Positions 25,975 through 39,842 are shown, counted from the first letter of the whole stretch. The stretch is 63,382 bases of DNA, filler included, from Octopus bimaculoides (GCF_001194135.2; 8 parts of 8 records of this genome joined end to end with filler, not necessarily neighbours in it); one strand, 5' to 3'. Made by a program: numbers and translations. Notes: generated by a model from the letters alone, not told the origin.

Positions 25975-26130
25975 GACGAAGACGGGTGTGTAACCAACAA
26001 ACAGATGTGTTAGTTTAACGCTCGGTAAATGAGAAAGTCTTTTACGTTTCGAGCCTACGCTCTTCAACAGAAAGAAACAGAAATAAACAGAGAGAGAAAA
26101 TAAAAAGAAAGGTTTAGTGGCTAGCGATCA
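25975..26130 (-). mobile_element. Penelope-like terminal repeat family F with a hammerhead-like fold
   Basis: CTGTTGAAGAGCGTAGGCTCGAAACGTAAAAGAC; homologues at about 17030-17130(+), 46020-46110(-), 46290-46480(-). Confidence 0.55.
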
Positions 26131-27599
26131 ATCATGACAATATATATGGTATGCGGTGGTGGTGGTGTGGTGGATCTCCGTCATTCGTCGAGGAAGATTC
26201 AATCGTTCGATCAACCGAATTACCAGTCCTTGCATTAACGTGTAAGTGGCTGAACAAACCCTTAGCGCAATTTTCAGACTGAATTAGAGTGACGCAGTGT
26301 GTGATAAGCCTGTATGTAGGAATTACAAAGGGGTACTACAAATATTATCCACCCTACTGGCTTCTACTGATTCACAAAGTATGGCTTTATCCGAGGCAAT
26401 AGAAAATACAATTCGCTTAAGATACCATGCAGTAAGATCGAACCAGGGACATCGTGGATGTGAAACGACCTTCTTAAACATTCGACCATTTTGTGTACAC
26501 AAACAATACTCTTTTACTCTTTTACTTGTTTCAGTCATTTGACTGCGGCCATGCTGGAGAACCGCCTTTAGTCGATCAAATCGACCCCAGGACTTATTCT
26601 TTGTAAGCCTAGTACTTATTCTATCGGTCTCTTTTACCGAACCGCTATGTTACGGAGACGTAAATACACCAGCATCGGTTGTCAAGTGATGTTGTGGGAA
26701 CAAACACAGACACAGACACACACACACACACANNNNNNNNNNNNNNNNNNNNNNNNNNNNNNNNNNNNNNNNNNNNTTAATTAATTAANNNNNNNNNNNN
26801 NNNNNNNNNNNNNNNNNNNNNNNNNNNNNNNNTGTTTCGAAAAAAGATGGATACATGTAGCAAGAATGGCACGTATAAATGACGAAGCCACCTTGACCAT
26901 GATTCTATAAAACGTTTTAAAATTTTGTAAACAGAGAGTTACTTACGTTTGTTGCATAAATAAAAGAAATTTTATTTAAGAAACTGTGACACTAAGGACC
27001 GAGGTTACCGTGGTCTTTTCGTAGGTTTTTCTTTCCACGGATAACCTCCCCATTTATTGGGAATTTTCTGTATTATTTCGTATTTTTTGCAAATACCCCA
27101 AACGTTTTGCGATGTTTTTTTCTTTCATCGTTGTCCCCACTTTTGTTTGTCTTTTTTCTGCTTTGTTTTAGCCCCCCTCGAAAAGAAAAACTCTACATTT
27201 GTATTTTGTCCCCTCTATTTTGAACTCTGTGTGGCTAATAAAGAAACATATTTATCTATCTATTTATGTCCATATCTCTGTCTATGTATTTGTCTATCTA
27301 TGTCTATCTCTCTTTGTCTAGCTATGTCTATCTCAAGTTATATGTTAGATTGATCACAATACGTGACTTGTATTTTGTCGCCTCACAAAACGATAGAAGG
27401 CAGACTTGACCTCCGCGGTCTATGAGCTTCGAATGTAACGATTTGTAAGAAATGCGGCAAAGCATTAAAGACACGCTCATAATTTTGCTTGCTTAACAAA
27501 GAAAACAATTATAAAGCAATGCTTTTTTTTTTCTGTACATAGTCCTTCGATTTGGTACAGTGTAGAAGAAAGCTCTGCTCAAAAATAGCTGTTATTTAA

Positions 27600-28400
27600 G
27601 TACATAATATCAAAAACCAAATGGAAATAATAAACGAGAAGATAAAAACCGAATTAAGAATATACTGAGGAAGAAATCGAAAGATAAATCACTCAGTGGC
27701 TAATAAATAACCTTCAAGACAGGACTAGACATTTTGGAATTAGGTCAGAGCGGGAAGCAATAGATCAAAATATTTTGATTGAAAGCAAACACGGAAGATC
27801 TGATTTTATAAGCAAAACATTAATACACAGGAAAAATATATTAAAAAGTAATTTAATAAACAACAGGATACATATTAAATGCAGAAGATGCAATCTCTAC
27901 AATGAGACAATTGACAACAACATTTATGATTGATCTTCGCTTCTAAATCAGAGTATATCCACAGAAAAATATCGATTTGTGAGAGATGTATCCATTGGCA
28001 CTGTGGAGATTCTACAACATCAATGTATTTTATAATTTGGAACCATGTTGCAAACACGGTACATAGTAATTATGGGTTTGAAATAATCTTGCATATTTCT
28101 GTCTAGACTTAAAAAGAGATCAAGGAGATGTGTCGAGATAAAATTATTAAGGACAGGTGTAAAAATCTCTGTAATCTCAGAAACGCGTAGATTTCTTCTG
28201 ATTAAAAAAAATCACCCGTAAGGATATCAAAATACATTGAAACGACTGCGATCTTGAAATAGAAATAAGGAAGATGGACGCCATGAAAGTAAAATCATCA
28301 AAGATATCAACCGAAACACCACGTAGGATATAACATTACTCTAAGATAAAGATGAATAACAGAAAACAGAAAACATACCCCAGCTCAGATACTGCATGGA
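27600..28400 (+). pseudogene. Decayed R4/Dong-type non-LTR retrotransposon C-terminus (zinc knuckle plus restriction-like endonuclease)
   Basis: KCRRCNLYNETID (from 27877), EYIHRK, DLEIEIRKM (from 28250) in the expected order; many stops and frameshifts. Confidence 0.55.
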
Positions 28401-29890
28401 CAAAAACAGTAACATTTAACATACACCGCATGTATGAAAGTCACTTTCAATACAAAAAAAAAAAAGAAAAATGAATTTTAAATTAGGCACACAGTGAAAA
28501 ATACACAGCGTGTACAAGTCTCTACAGCACAGCCTCTACGGAATAATCACCTAATTGTATAGAACAGTCTCAATACTCTAATACTAAAGAAAATCGCTCC
28601 TACAATAACACATTATATAACTTTATCTAATCAACACACAGTTCAATGATACATCTTACAAACTAACAGCAACACATACGGTTTGCATTCTGAAGAAAAT
28701 CCACTATATCATATAAAAACTCATCACTCTGCACACATTCTATGATGACCGTTCGACAATATCATACGCCTTTTGTATGGAAACAGAGAAGGTAATAGAG
28801 TATAAGAAAGAAGGCTAGTGTTAAAAGATAGACAAAAGGCTAATGTAGATGTGACGGTGGAAATCGCATATCCAGTAGATATTCAAGCAGACACATATAC
28901 TTTACAGGCTTGCGTGTGTTTATACATACATACATATATATATATGCAAATGTGTGTGTTTGCATGTGTGTTTGTGCGTGTGTGTGTGTGTGTGTATTTA
29001 TGTATGTATGTATGTATGTATGTATGTATGCAACGCTGAATAGAATGTAGCTTTACAAAATCATACATGAACCTTCGTGAATATTCGAACATGAAAATTC
29101 AACAAACTGTTTAAGATCTTCTGAGACGATTTCCGGCGCATATTCTATTTCTGTGTCCAAATACAGACGCACATTTTCTATATGGATGTACTTAACTATT
29201 ATTCATAGCAGGAATGCTTCACGGGCACCTAATTAATTTATTCTACCTTGAAAAGTTTTTCCACAACTACAAATGTGTCTTTAGCTATTCTGATACAAGC
29301 GCAACAACACCTTAGTGGCCATAAATGACGGCACGGTATGAGTAACTGATAAAGCATAGCAACACATAAGACCTTACGTTCTACGGTCCGTTTAAGCTAT
29401 TTATGGACTAATAATTTGCTTACATCCATAGTATTCGTACTGAGAAATTGTTCTCTGGAAACAACTTTGTGCAGCGTATTGTATTCCTACGAATAAATCT
29501 ATACGAACATGCTCACGTGTACACACATACACATACACACAAACAAATATACAAACATACATATATATATACATACATACATATATACATACATATATAT
29601 ATATATATATATAAAAAATATATAGTTTTAGGGAAAATAACCAATTTAATTTTAATTTTTTATAAATTGATTTTAATTGAGTTTTTTACCTGTAATTTTG
29701 GATTTTGTCCCTACTATTATTATTATTATTATNNNNNNNNNNNNNNNNNNNNNNNNNNNNNNNNNNNNNNNNNNNNNNNNNNNNNNNNNNNNNNNNNNNN
29801 NNNNNNNNNNNNNNNNNNNNNNNNNNNNNNNNNNNNNNNNNNNNNNNNNNNNNNNNNNNNNNNNNNNNNNNNNNNNNNNNNNNNNNNNNN

Positions 29891-29925
<35 letters not shown>

Positions 29926-30702
29926 ACATATATATATGTATACATATTTAAGTATGTACGCATATGCAAATGTGTTACGCACATGCAATTTCGCTTATAA
30001 TTATGAATCGAATTTTCCGAGCGAAAGAATTCATAGAGTGGCAGAATTATTTGCATTAAACGGTTCGATTAATTTTCCATGAAAAATCATTGTTAATCTT
30101 TCCCAATATGTATATGAAAATATACGATTAAATATTTTATGGATCTATATATCAATCTATGCATCTGTATACATATATGATGCTTAAAACCTATATACTT
30201 TTTCCTTTATTCTTCAACACTCTCAGCATATATGAGTTTAACATTCGGGGCGCATGTGGGCGGATGTCTACGTAACTGTACATGCGTGTTTGCGAACAAA
30301 AGCACGTACGTGAATATCTGTATAAATATGAATATACTTCGAGGGGTAAGTGCGTTTCACCGTACGGTAATATATACTTATTCGAAGAGTCTTTCAACGC
30401 TAAGCGTTGGATTCCTCGCAGGATTTTGAATTGCCTTAGCCTTCAGATATTTCAGAATAAATCATGCTATAAAGTCCATTTCGCTTTCACTCTGTTTATG
30501 CATATACTCTTTGCACTCTTTTACTTGTTTCAGTCATTTGACTGCGGCCATGCTGGAGCACCACCTTTAGTTGTGCAAATAGACCCCAGGACTTATTCTA
30601 TGTAAGTCTAGTACTTATTCTATCGGAAACTTTTGCAGAACCGCTAAGTTACGGGGATTTAAACAGACCAGCATCAGTTGTCAATCGATGTTGGGGGGAC
30701 AA

Positions 30703-30735
<33 letters not shown>

Positions 30736-31245
30736 CGTATACATATATACGACGGGCTTCTTTCAGTTTCCGTCTACCAAATCCACTCAGAAGGTTTTGG
30801 TCGGCCCGAAGCAATAGTAGAAGACACTTGCCCAAGGTGCTACGTAGTGGGACTGAACACGGGACCATGTAGTTTGTAAGCAAGCTACTTACCACACAGC
30901 CACTCCATATGTATATCATATATATTTTCTCTTATTCTTTTATTTGTTTCAGTCATTTTCACTGCGCCCGTGCTGGAGCACCTCCTTTTGGTCGAAGAAA
31001 TCGGCCCCACCAAAATTTATTCACTGAAGCCTGGTACATATTCTATCGGTCTCTTTTGCCGAACAGCTAAGTTACGGGACGTAAACATACCAACATCGGT
31101 TGTCAAGCGATGGTGACGGGGGCATACACAGACACGGACACACACATCAATATATATATATATATAACTTCGATAACTTTGATAAGTTTTATGTGTTTCG
31201 CCCAGTATAGGCCCAGACCATGCATAACTTAATACGACCAACTTG

Positions 31246-31286
<41 letters not shown>

Positions 31287-31813
31287 GTGTGGTCATACTG
31301 AAGCACAGCCGACTAGTGGTGTTACACCTTCATTGATCCTCCTCTAACGGGCATCTGGTGAATGAGAGAACTTGATGCTGCTGCCCTCAAGATACATAAA
31401 TAACATACGTTCATGTATGCATATATAAATGTACACACACATACATACATACATAAACATTGGGTGTGTAGATATTTGTATATTTACGTGTGTATATATG
31501 TATGTTTGTGTATACACGTACACACACATACACACACATACATATATACATGTACCTAATGCGTCTATATTAAAGTTTCACCTGTGTAAGGCATGCGGTG
31601 TTAAATGAATGACTGTACGTACGTCAGTGGGTGGGTGTATATATGTGTGTTATTACTAGTTATAGATAGTAAATATTATATGTCTACAGGAAAAGTTTGA
31701 ATTTAGTGTGTGGGAGTTGTATATAATTATTATTATACGCATGTGTTTAAATATGCATACTTATACGTATACAAACAGAAGAATATGTGTGTATGTGTAC
31801 AAATGTGTAACTG

Positions 31814-31860
<47 letters not shown>

Positions 31861-31908
31861 GTATATATGTATGTATGTATGTATATTCACTCACGCACAC
31901 ACAGATAT

Positions 31909-31942
<34 letters not shown>

Positions 31943-32537
31943 AGATACATATATAAATACGCATGTATGTATATATGTAAAATGAATTTTGCTGTATACG
32001 TAGCTATACGCGTAAAAGAAGAAAAAACATCATATCTCCAAATCGTAAAACTGTAACATATAATAAATATCTCTCTACGATGTAATAAAAATTTCTAGTG
32101 TCAGAGAGGTGACTTTCTTTGTGATTAAAATGCCTGCTATATACCATAATAACCATTGAAGTATATAACAATTAAATATATTTATAGCTGTAAAGTGTAC
32201 AGATTTTGCACGTGATTTATTTGTTCAAAAGCTTCTACATGTGTTTGTGATAACCTCGTGGTGCTTTAGATTACTCAAACATCAGTGTCATGCATACAAG
32301 ATCATATATGAGTATACAGATGTACGTGAGTGAGACCGTGTGAAAATATAGCTACTTGTGCCCATATAAGTTAGATAGATATAGACATTATGCGTTAGAT
32401 AGTTAATAGTCAGATATACGTTTTATTAAATCCTTATGAATAGTTACACATCGTTGTGAATGTAAACTTTAAAATACACATGTATTTCTATATAATACGT
32501 GTGCGTATGTCTGTAAATGTATGCGTGTGTGCGCTTG

Positions 32538-32577
<40 letters not shown>

Positions 32578-33601
32578 GTATATCTAAATGTATACGTTTA
32601 TGTATAATATATTTCACTATATCTATTTTATTTTTTTTGTCTAGTTCCTATTTGTCTATCTGTTTCTATTTCTTTATATTTTCATGTGTGCTGTGCTGGT
32701 GTGTGAATAGTTATGTGTACGAGTAGGTGTGTATTTGTATGCGTGAGTAATTGCCCGTTGTTGCCATGAAATTTGCGTCCGTCGCTGCCTAAAATGTTGT
32801 CCATAAATTGATGAAGACCAAAGTGAATGCGTAACTATACAACATTCGAACTCAAACGTAGTCGCATGGCATTGCAGAGCAGCAGAAGCGCTGCCACCTG
32901 TAATACACGTTCCATATTCCTGAAACAATGCAAATGGTTGCATCGCTCTGTTACATCATAAAGCTTAAAAATATATCCCAAATATGAGCAAAGATAATAT
33001 CGGTTTTAAAATCCCGACCAACGCCATTTAATTTGGGGGGAAGGAAATGAGTCCATCACATCATCCCCAGTACTCAACAATACTAACTCCTAAAGTAAGA
33101 AATTCAAAGTCGACCTCGGTATTTGAACTCAGAACGTAAAGACTGACGAAATTCCGCTAAGCATTTTGCAGGGTGTGTTGATGATTCTGCTAGCACACCA
33201 AATTATTAGCAAACCTAAACTTAGTTAAAATAGTTATTTCGTAATTTAGTTGATAGTAATCTATATTTGCAATTATAAAATTTATGAATATGTTAATTCA
33301 GGAAGCATTTTCAGTTATATGAATATGTGCCAAAAATGATACATTTGCTGCAATCAGCAATCACTTGTTATATTTCAACTAATGGAAAGAAAGCAGATGT
33401 ATTTGTTAATCACAAGATTACAGTAGAATGTAAAGTAGGGAAATTGCAGTAAAATCATAGCAAAAATGTGAGATACGTGATAGCAAATTCAGCAGGACAT
33501 ACTTTTAAATATGTTTTGAACAAAGCGACGAGATGTGTGGAATATATAAATCTAACTCATTAGAACATGTTAAACACTTTCTTAATGTATGAATGTATCC
33601 C

Positions 33602-33674
<73 letters not shown>

Positions 33675-33721
33675 NNNNNNNNNNNNNNNNNNNNNNNNNN
33701 NNNNNNNNNNNNNNNNNNNNN

Positions 33722-33788
<67 letters not shown>

Positions 33789-34219
33789 TAGTGTTAGCAT
33801 GTGAACGAACCCCTACCATCCTCTAAGAGACAAAAGGATCGCGTTTCTGACTCATTTTCAAGCTGATTGGCTCATCTTCAGTCGCGATTACAATATATTG
33901 CTAGTTGGATGTATGTACAGCTGAATTTTCTATCACGTATCTCACATTATTGCTATCATTTTAGTGTAATTTCCCTACTTTACATTCATTCTACTATAAT
34001 CTTGTGATTAACAACTACATCTGCTTACTTTCCATTACTTTTAAATATAACAACCGATTGATAATTATAGTACATGTATAAATTTTGGCACATAAACTAG
34101 TAGTAACCATGGAGCTACCAGTTGATGTAGCGACTAAGTTTACTTGTTAGTATAGTTACTACTCTGATCTCTTATTGAGGTGTTACAACTAGCTATTTCG
34201 CTTATATATATTATATAGT

Positions 34220-34520
34220 GCGCATTGCTCAGTGCTTAGAGCGTCGAGCTTGAGGTTGTGAGTTCGAATCCCGGACCGGGCTGCGTGTTGTGTTCTTGAG
34301 CAAGACACTTTATTTCATGAAGCTCCAGTTCACTCAGATGTAGAAATGAGTTGCGACGTCAGAGGTGCCAAGCTGTATCGGCTTTTGCCTTTCTCTTCGA
34401 TAAACCTGGTAGCGTGGAGAGGGGAGGCCGTTATGGGTGGGCGATTGCTGGTCTTCAATAAAAAACATTGCCCAGATTTGTGCCTGGGAGGGTAACTTTC
34501 CAGGTGCTATCCCGTGGTCA
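34220..34520 (+). mobile_element. tRNA-headed SINE; inverted copy at about 34870-35000, related sequence at about 36700-36900
   Basis: GCTCAGTGCTTAGAGC...GAGTTCGAATCCC head followed by TTCTTGAGCAAGACACTTTAT...CTCCAGTTCACTCAG. Confidence 0.7.
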
Positions 34521-37165
34521 GTCTCTCTTTCATTTTCTGAGATTCTCATCAATACTTTGAATGTACTACATGTTCGAGCTGTTGCCTTTTGTCTGTTTTA
34601 TTAATTGTTTATATATATACATATAAACAAAAACAAACAAATAGCTATAGAATTTTATTACAGACAAAAACTAGGTTGCCGGTTTATTTTACATACAGGA
34701 AATTTATTCTTGTTGAGCTAGAAAGGTAAACTGAATATAATTGAATGAAACTAATCATACATGTTACATATCCATCCGGTACTACTATTATTACTACTAT
34801 TCAAAAGCAATTAGAAGAAAACGAAATTTCGGCACTATGTTAATTTCGTAATTATTTTTATATTTCTGAAGCTGAGTGAACTGGAGCCACGTGAAATGAA
34901 GTGTCTTGCTCAAGAACACAGCACGCAGCCCGGTCCGGGATTCAAACTCACAACCTTACGATCGTTAACTCGTCGCTCTAACTGCTAAGCCGTGCGCCTT
35001 CACAAACAGAAACATAGAGTTACAATAATTATAGACTATATTATGTCTTAGATAAACAGAAAATAAACTATAAATAAAAGTATATCATTTAAAAATTTTT
35101 ATTTTTACTAAGATTATGAGAAGGAACGAAATTAGATTAAGGCAATAGTTAAATACCAAATCCCTTAGTTTATCAGCGTAAATCAAAGATTATATAATTC
35201 TAAAGTAATTAGATACAGAAAAATAATCGGAAATACATACTTACAATATAAAATATTTTGATCACAATATGACATTATAAAAAAAAATTCATTTATTATT
35301 ATCATCATTAATTATTAAATAAATCAATTTATATATTTATAAATGTATAATCAATTAGTATAATGAAAATAGCGTACTTGAAATTTATTATTTGAATTTA
35401 ACTACGAATATAATGATTTATTTTACAGTCAATACAAATATTGTCATTGGTACTTAATACGAAACATTATAAATTAATCCACTAAAATATTTTCAGATAT
35501 CGAAATTTATATACAATTTAAAATCTTTCGTCGCAATGCAAGAATTTTGCAAACTTTTCAAATAGGATCAGTATATTTTGCAATTTGGTTATCCTTTACA
35601 TGGAATTTCATCTGTCTTTTGAACCAAGGCCCTGAGCAAACTTGTATATATAGACGTCTTTGCAAATCGATTGCTGTATATAAAATTTAAAAAATTGTTG
35701 TTACATATATTATATTATATTTTTATAGTATATTATAATATGCTAGCAGAGATATCCGGCGTTGCTGGGATTAAAATAAAATGTGTGTGTGTGTGTATAT
35801 ATATATAGTTTGTAAACTTTCTTCATTCAAAAATACAAACCCAAACTTAACCATTGCTAACACATTTAAATAAGGAAACCCATCACCCCACTGAGAACGA
35901 AAAAAATATAGAACTAAACCTAATATACTGTTCCTTCTAAACCAAACCAGGGTAAATTAATCAAAATCTACCACCTCCTGCATTTCGATAACCCCCCTTA
36001 TACCGGAAGAAATCCCTAATTACCTCCCCCTATATAGAACTCTTTTTTGTACACTGGAGTGAACACATGTTACAATGAAGTAGAGAAATTTGAAAAGACA
36101 ACACGAAACCGGTTATTTCTCCAAAATACAATGTTTATATACCCCAAACATTTTATAACATTTTTTCTGACATAATTTAAATATATACTTTAACCATGTA
36201 ACACAAGCCTTCTGTAGTTTTTTCACTTTTATTATCTTTTATATATATATATATATATAGGCGTAGGAGTGGCTGTGTGGTAAGTAGCTTACAAAAAAAT
36301 CTATACACATTTTGGGTTGCGCTGCTTATACTTATTTATACAGAAGATGGAATTTCTCTTTTATATTTACTTACATTTAGCCATAATCTTCAGAACTACG
36401 CTGACTAAAAGTCGTAACGCTTGTTTGATGACCCTTCCATGTACGACTACGTTATTTGCTGCGGGAACTTTGTTTATTATAACGTACTTTATTCCGCTGA
36501 GGTCATAATTTCGGCATCGATAATATAACTCCCATCTGAGTCCACAGTCGATGCAATTGTCTTAAACCAGCAACCGAAGATTCTGGTATTGTGCCAAAAC
36601 TTGAAATCCATATTTTGAATCTTAGTCAGAGTTTTCTCTTATTATTGAGGTAGTATTTTCATGATTATTTAAACAGAAAATTGAATTTCTATCAGTTTAC
36701 TCAGCTGTGGAAATGAATTGCGGCGTCATAGGTGCCAAGCTGTATCGGCCCCTTTGCTTTTCCCTTGGATAACATATGTGGCATGGAGAGGGGAGCCTAG
36801 TATGTATGAGCAAATGCTGGTCTTCCATAAACAATCTTGCCCGGACTTGTGCCTCGGCGAGTAACCTTCTAGTTGCAATCCTACGGTCATTCGTGACCGA
36901 AGGGGGTCTCCGATTTTAATGATATCTTAATTCCACATTCCGAGGGAGGTATTTCTGGGTTTATATGGTATTTTACTGCAACAATTCATATCTAGAATAA
37001 ACCAAATGAGTTCATGTTCTCGATAAAGATTCTTATAGCAATATGTTATTAGTAGCCCATCATTTTCGATTTGTATTTTAATGCAGGCGCAGAATCATTG
37101 ACGTGCCTACACTCAATGGCTCTTATACTCCTCTAACATCACCTAGACAATGTCAGTTTGGGAAT

Positions 37166-37451
37166 AAAGATTTTTTGCCAACATAACATGGCAGTCCTGG
37201 TTTAGGACGAATGTTGCTGTAATTTAGCCCCAGGAGACATCGTCTCCAGCTGGTTATACAACACGATTTGTGTCCTTATATTTTCGAACAAGGGAATCTA
37301 GCTTGATTCCATTGTTCTAGATTCCCTTGTTCGAAAATATAAAGACACAGATCGTATCGTATAGCTAGCTTGAGACGACGTCTCCTGGGGCTAAATTACA
37401 GCAACATTCGTCCTAAACCAGGGCTACCATATTATGTTGGCAAAAAACTTT
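37166..37451. repeat. Near-perfect foldback palindrome (about 135-bp arms, 15-nt loop); probable MITE
   Basis: Left arm ends CAAGGGAATCTAG (37301); right arm starts CTAGATTCCCTTG (37317). Confidence 0.9.
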
Positions 37452-38452
37452 ACTCCAAAGTAATGTTGCTGAATATCTCTCGTTGTGAGATTTACAAATA
37501 GTAATTTTCTCATGCCAGTTTTTATTGAAACTACAATTATACCTCGATATACGAGTTAACTTATTCTGGCAGGTCGCTCGTAAAGTAAACACTCGTAAAA
37601 CATAGCAATAATTTCCTATAATAGCGATGTTATAAATCGTAATTCTTTCCCAGAAAATCATTTTACCTACAAAATTTATGATATTCGTCTATAAATGGCA
37701 ATAAACAACAGTACAATATAAAGAGTATTTTATGTAAAGTAATAAGAATGTCAAGATCATTTATAATGAAACATTATTATAATCGTTTTCTGTATCACTT
37801 TCACTCGCACTAGTCTCGCACACACCATCACTTTTAGACGCGATCACCGATTCACTAGCACTCGTAGACGGATTTGTAGATTTCTTTTTATAAACCAAAA
37901 CTAGAGTTGCTTGCTTAGATGAAACGTTTTCTTTCTCTCTCTACAAATTTCTCCGTAAGAAGCAGAAGCATTTGTTATTATAGTAGTATAATTCTGTGAG
38001 CATATTGATTAGTCTCCATTTTGAAACCGCTCCGAACATAGTAATGGATGGAATTTAAATCTAGAGAGTTTGGAGGCCACAAGAGTAGAGTTACATGATC
38101 GTAAAGATTGTCTGACATTCGATATCAGGAAGTCAATAATTTATGTACAGGAGAAAAGAAAATATTAAAAAAAAACAAGCAGAGTTTATTGCCAAACAAA
38201 TAAAGCTTTATTGCAAAAAGCACAATACTCCCATTTGGGCTCCATTGGCTGTGCGTTACACATCAGGACGATGCAATAAATTGTGGACGTGTAAGATAGT
38301 TTATGGATACACATTAGACACAAACACACAGACACACACACACGCACACACACACACACACAAACACACGCGCACACACACGCACAGGCGCTCCCACAGT
38401 CACACACAAGCACACAGATATGTATATATATATATATATATGTTTGTTTATG

Positions 38453-38511
<59 letters not shown>

Positions 38512-38665
38512 CATATATATATATAAATACGCATGAAGGCGCAGGAATGGCTGTGTAGTACACTATTGGCTTCCCAATGTAATGCTTCTCGGTTTAGATA
38601 TATAGCGTACTGCACGAAATTAAAAATATTAAAAGGCGACAAATTACCCATCGCACATGCATACA

Positions 38666-39842
38666 CAGGATGCGTAAGGTATTTGTGGACATACCATTTT
38701 GGGGTCATTGTTGCATCTTTTGCTAACTCTACATAATCTTTGTTGCAGAAAATAATATAAAGGCAGACCCACTGCTTATTCAAGAAATGAAGAGATGGTT
38801 ATGAATGTTGATCGTAGCGATTTAGAAGTATCTCGATTTTCAAAAGTTGCCAGATCGTTCGTCTACAAAGTTTAAAAATAGTTAAGCACTGAAGATGGAA
38901 ATGTATCACCAGTATCAAGGCATAAAAAGGCATCCTAAACGCTCTGAACTCATCAGAACACTTGAATGTATCCAAGGAAGTTCAACAGACCATTGATTAC
39001 AATACCAGAAAGTCCATGAGGTCAATTGCAAAAGATCTCCATGTTTCAGAAGGAACAGTCAGAAATGTTGTCCACGAAGACATCAGATATAAGTCGTATA
39101 TGATGAGGAAAAGTCAACTTGTCAGACAAAGCACAAGAAAATCACTACATCAGATCTAAAAGGTTCTTAAACAAACGGACAAATCCAACAAAAACTGATT
39201 TGATTTGGTTTTCCTCAACCCAGAAAAATGTTCACCAAGTACAAATGACTGGTGATTATGTGCAGACCCTTCTGAAGTTAAATCTGTTACTCTGTTATTC
39301 ATATAAAATTTCCTGCACCTCTCACGGTTTTAGGGGTTGTCAGCAATGAAGGATATGTAATGCTTCCCTACTTCTTTCCACAAGGACTTAGAACTGAAGT
39401 CCATACATGTTTCAGTAAGACTCTGCACTATAACGCATGGCTCTAGTAACACAGGAGTGGATGTCTGAAACCTTTCATGATCAAATAACCCTTATTTTGG
39501 CCACCAAATTCCCCAGATTTCAATCCAGTGGTTTATTACATATGGAGCGTTGTTCAAAGAGAGCCATCAATGAACACGCCCATTAAAGCAAAGACTCTTT
39601 GAAAGCTGCAAAAGTCAGAGAATTGTCCAAAATGAACAAGGACCAATTGATTCGAGCATGTAGCTAATTTTGATCTGATATCAGGTTTTGACGCTGAAGA
39701 TGGGTTTTCTGAATAGCATTATAGTAAAGAAGGTTTATTTTTATCTTCATACATCTTTTGATCAATAAATTTCTTATCTGTTATTATATATGTTTTCTTT
39801 TTTATAAACAAAAATCTGTCCTGAAATATCTTACGCATCCTA
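38666..39842 (+). mobile_element. Decayed Tc1/mariner-superfamily transposon, probably DD37D (maT)-like
   Basis: 26-bp imperfect TIRs CAGGATGCGTAAGGTATTTGTGGACA / TGTCCTGAAATATCTTACGCATCCTA. Transposase remnants RKSMRSIAKDLHVSEGTVRNVVHEDIRYKSY (HTH), LGVVSNEGYVMLPYFFPQGLR and WPPNSPDFNPVVYYIW. Confidence 0.85.

Noticed and set aside
26777-26788. TTAATTAATTAA islands inside N runs (also 43850 and near 46208, 49135, 54804, 58067, 61334)
   Set aside because: Where counted, 44 N + 12 nt + 44 N = a 100-bp placeholder with stops in all six frames; assembly padding, not biology.
27001-27048. Small hairpin GAGGTTACCGTGG...CCACGGATAACCTC
   Set aside because: Isolated ~13-bp stem with no supporting element ends or second copy in the window.
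31583-31602. TAAGGCATGCGGTG resembling miR-124
   Set aside because: Seed-region mismatch, divergent 3' end and no precursor hairpin.
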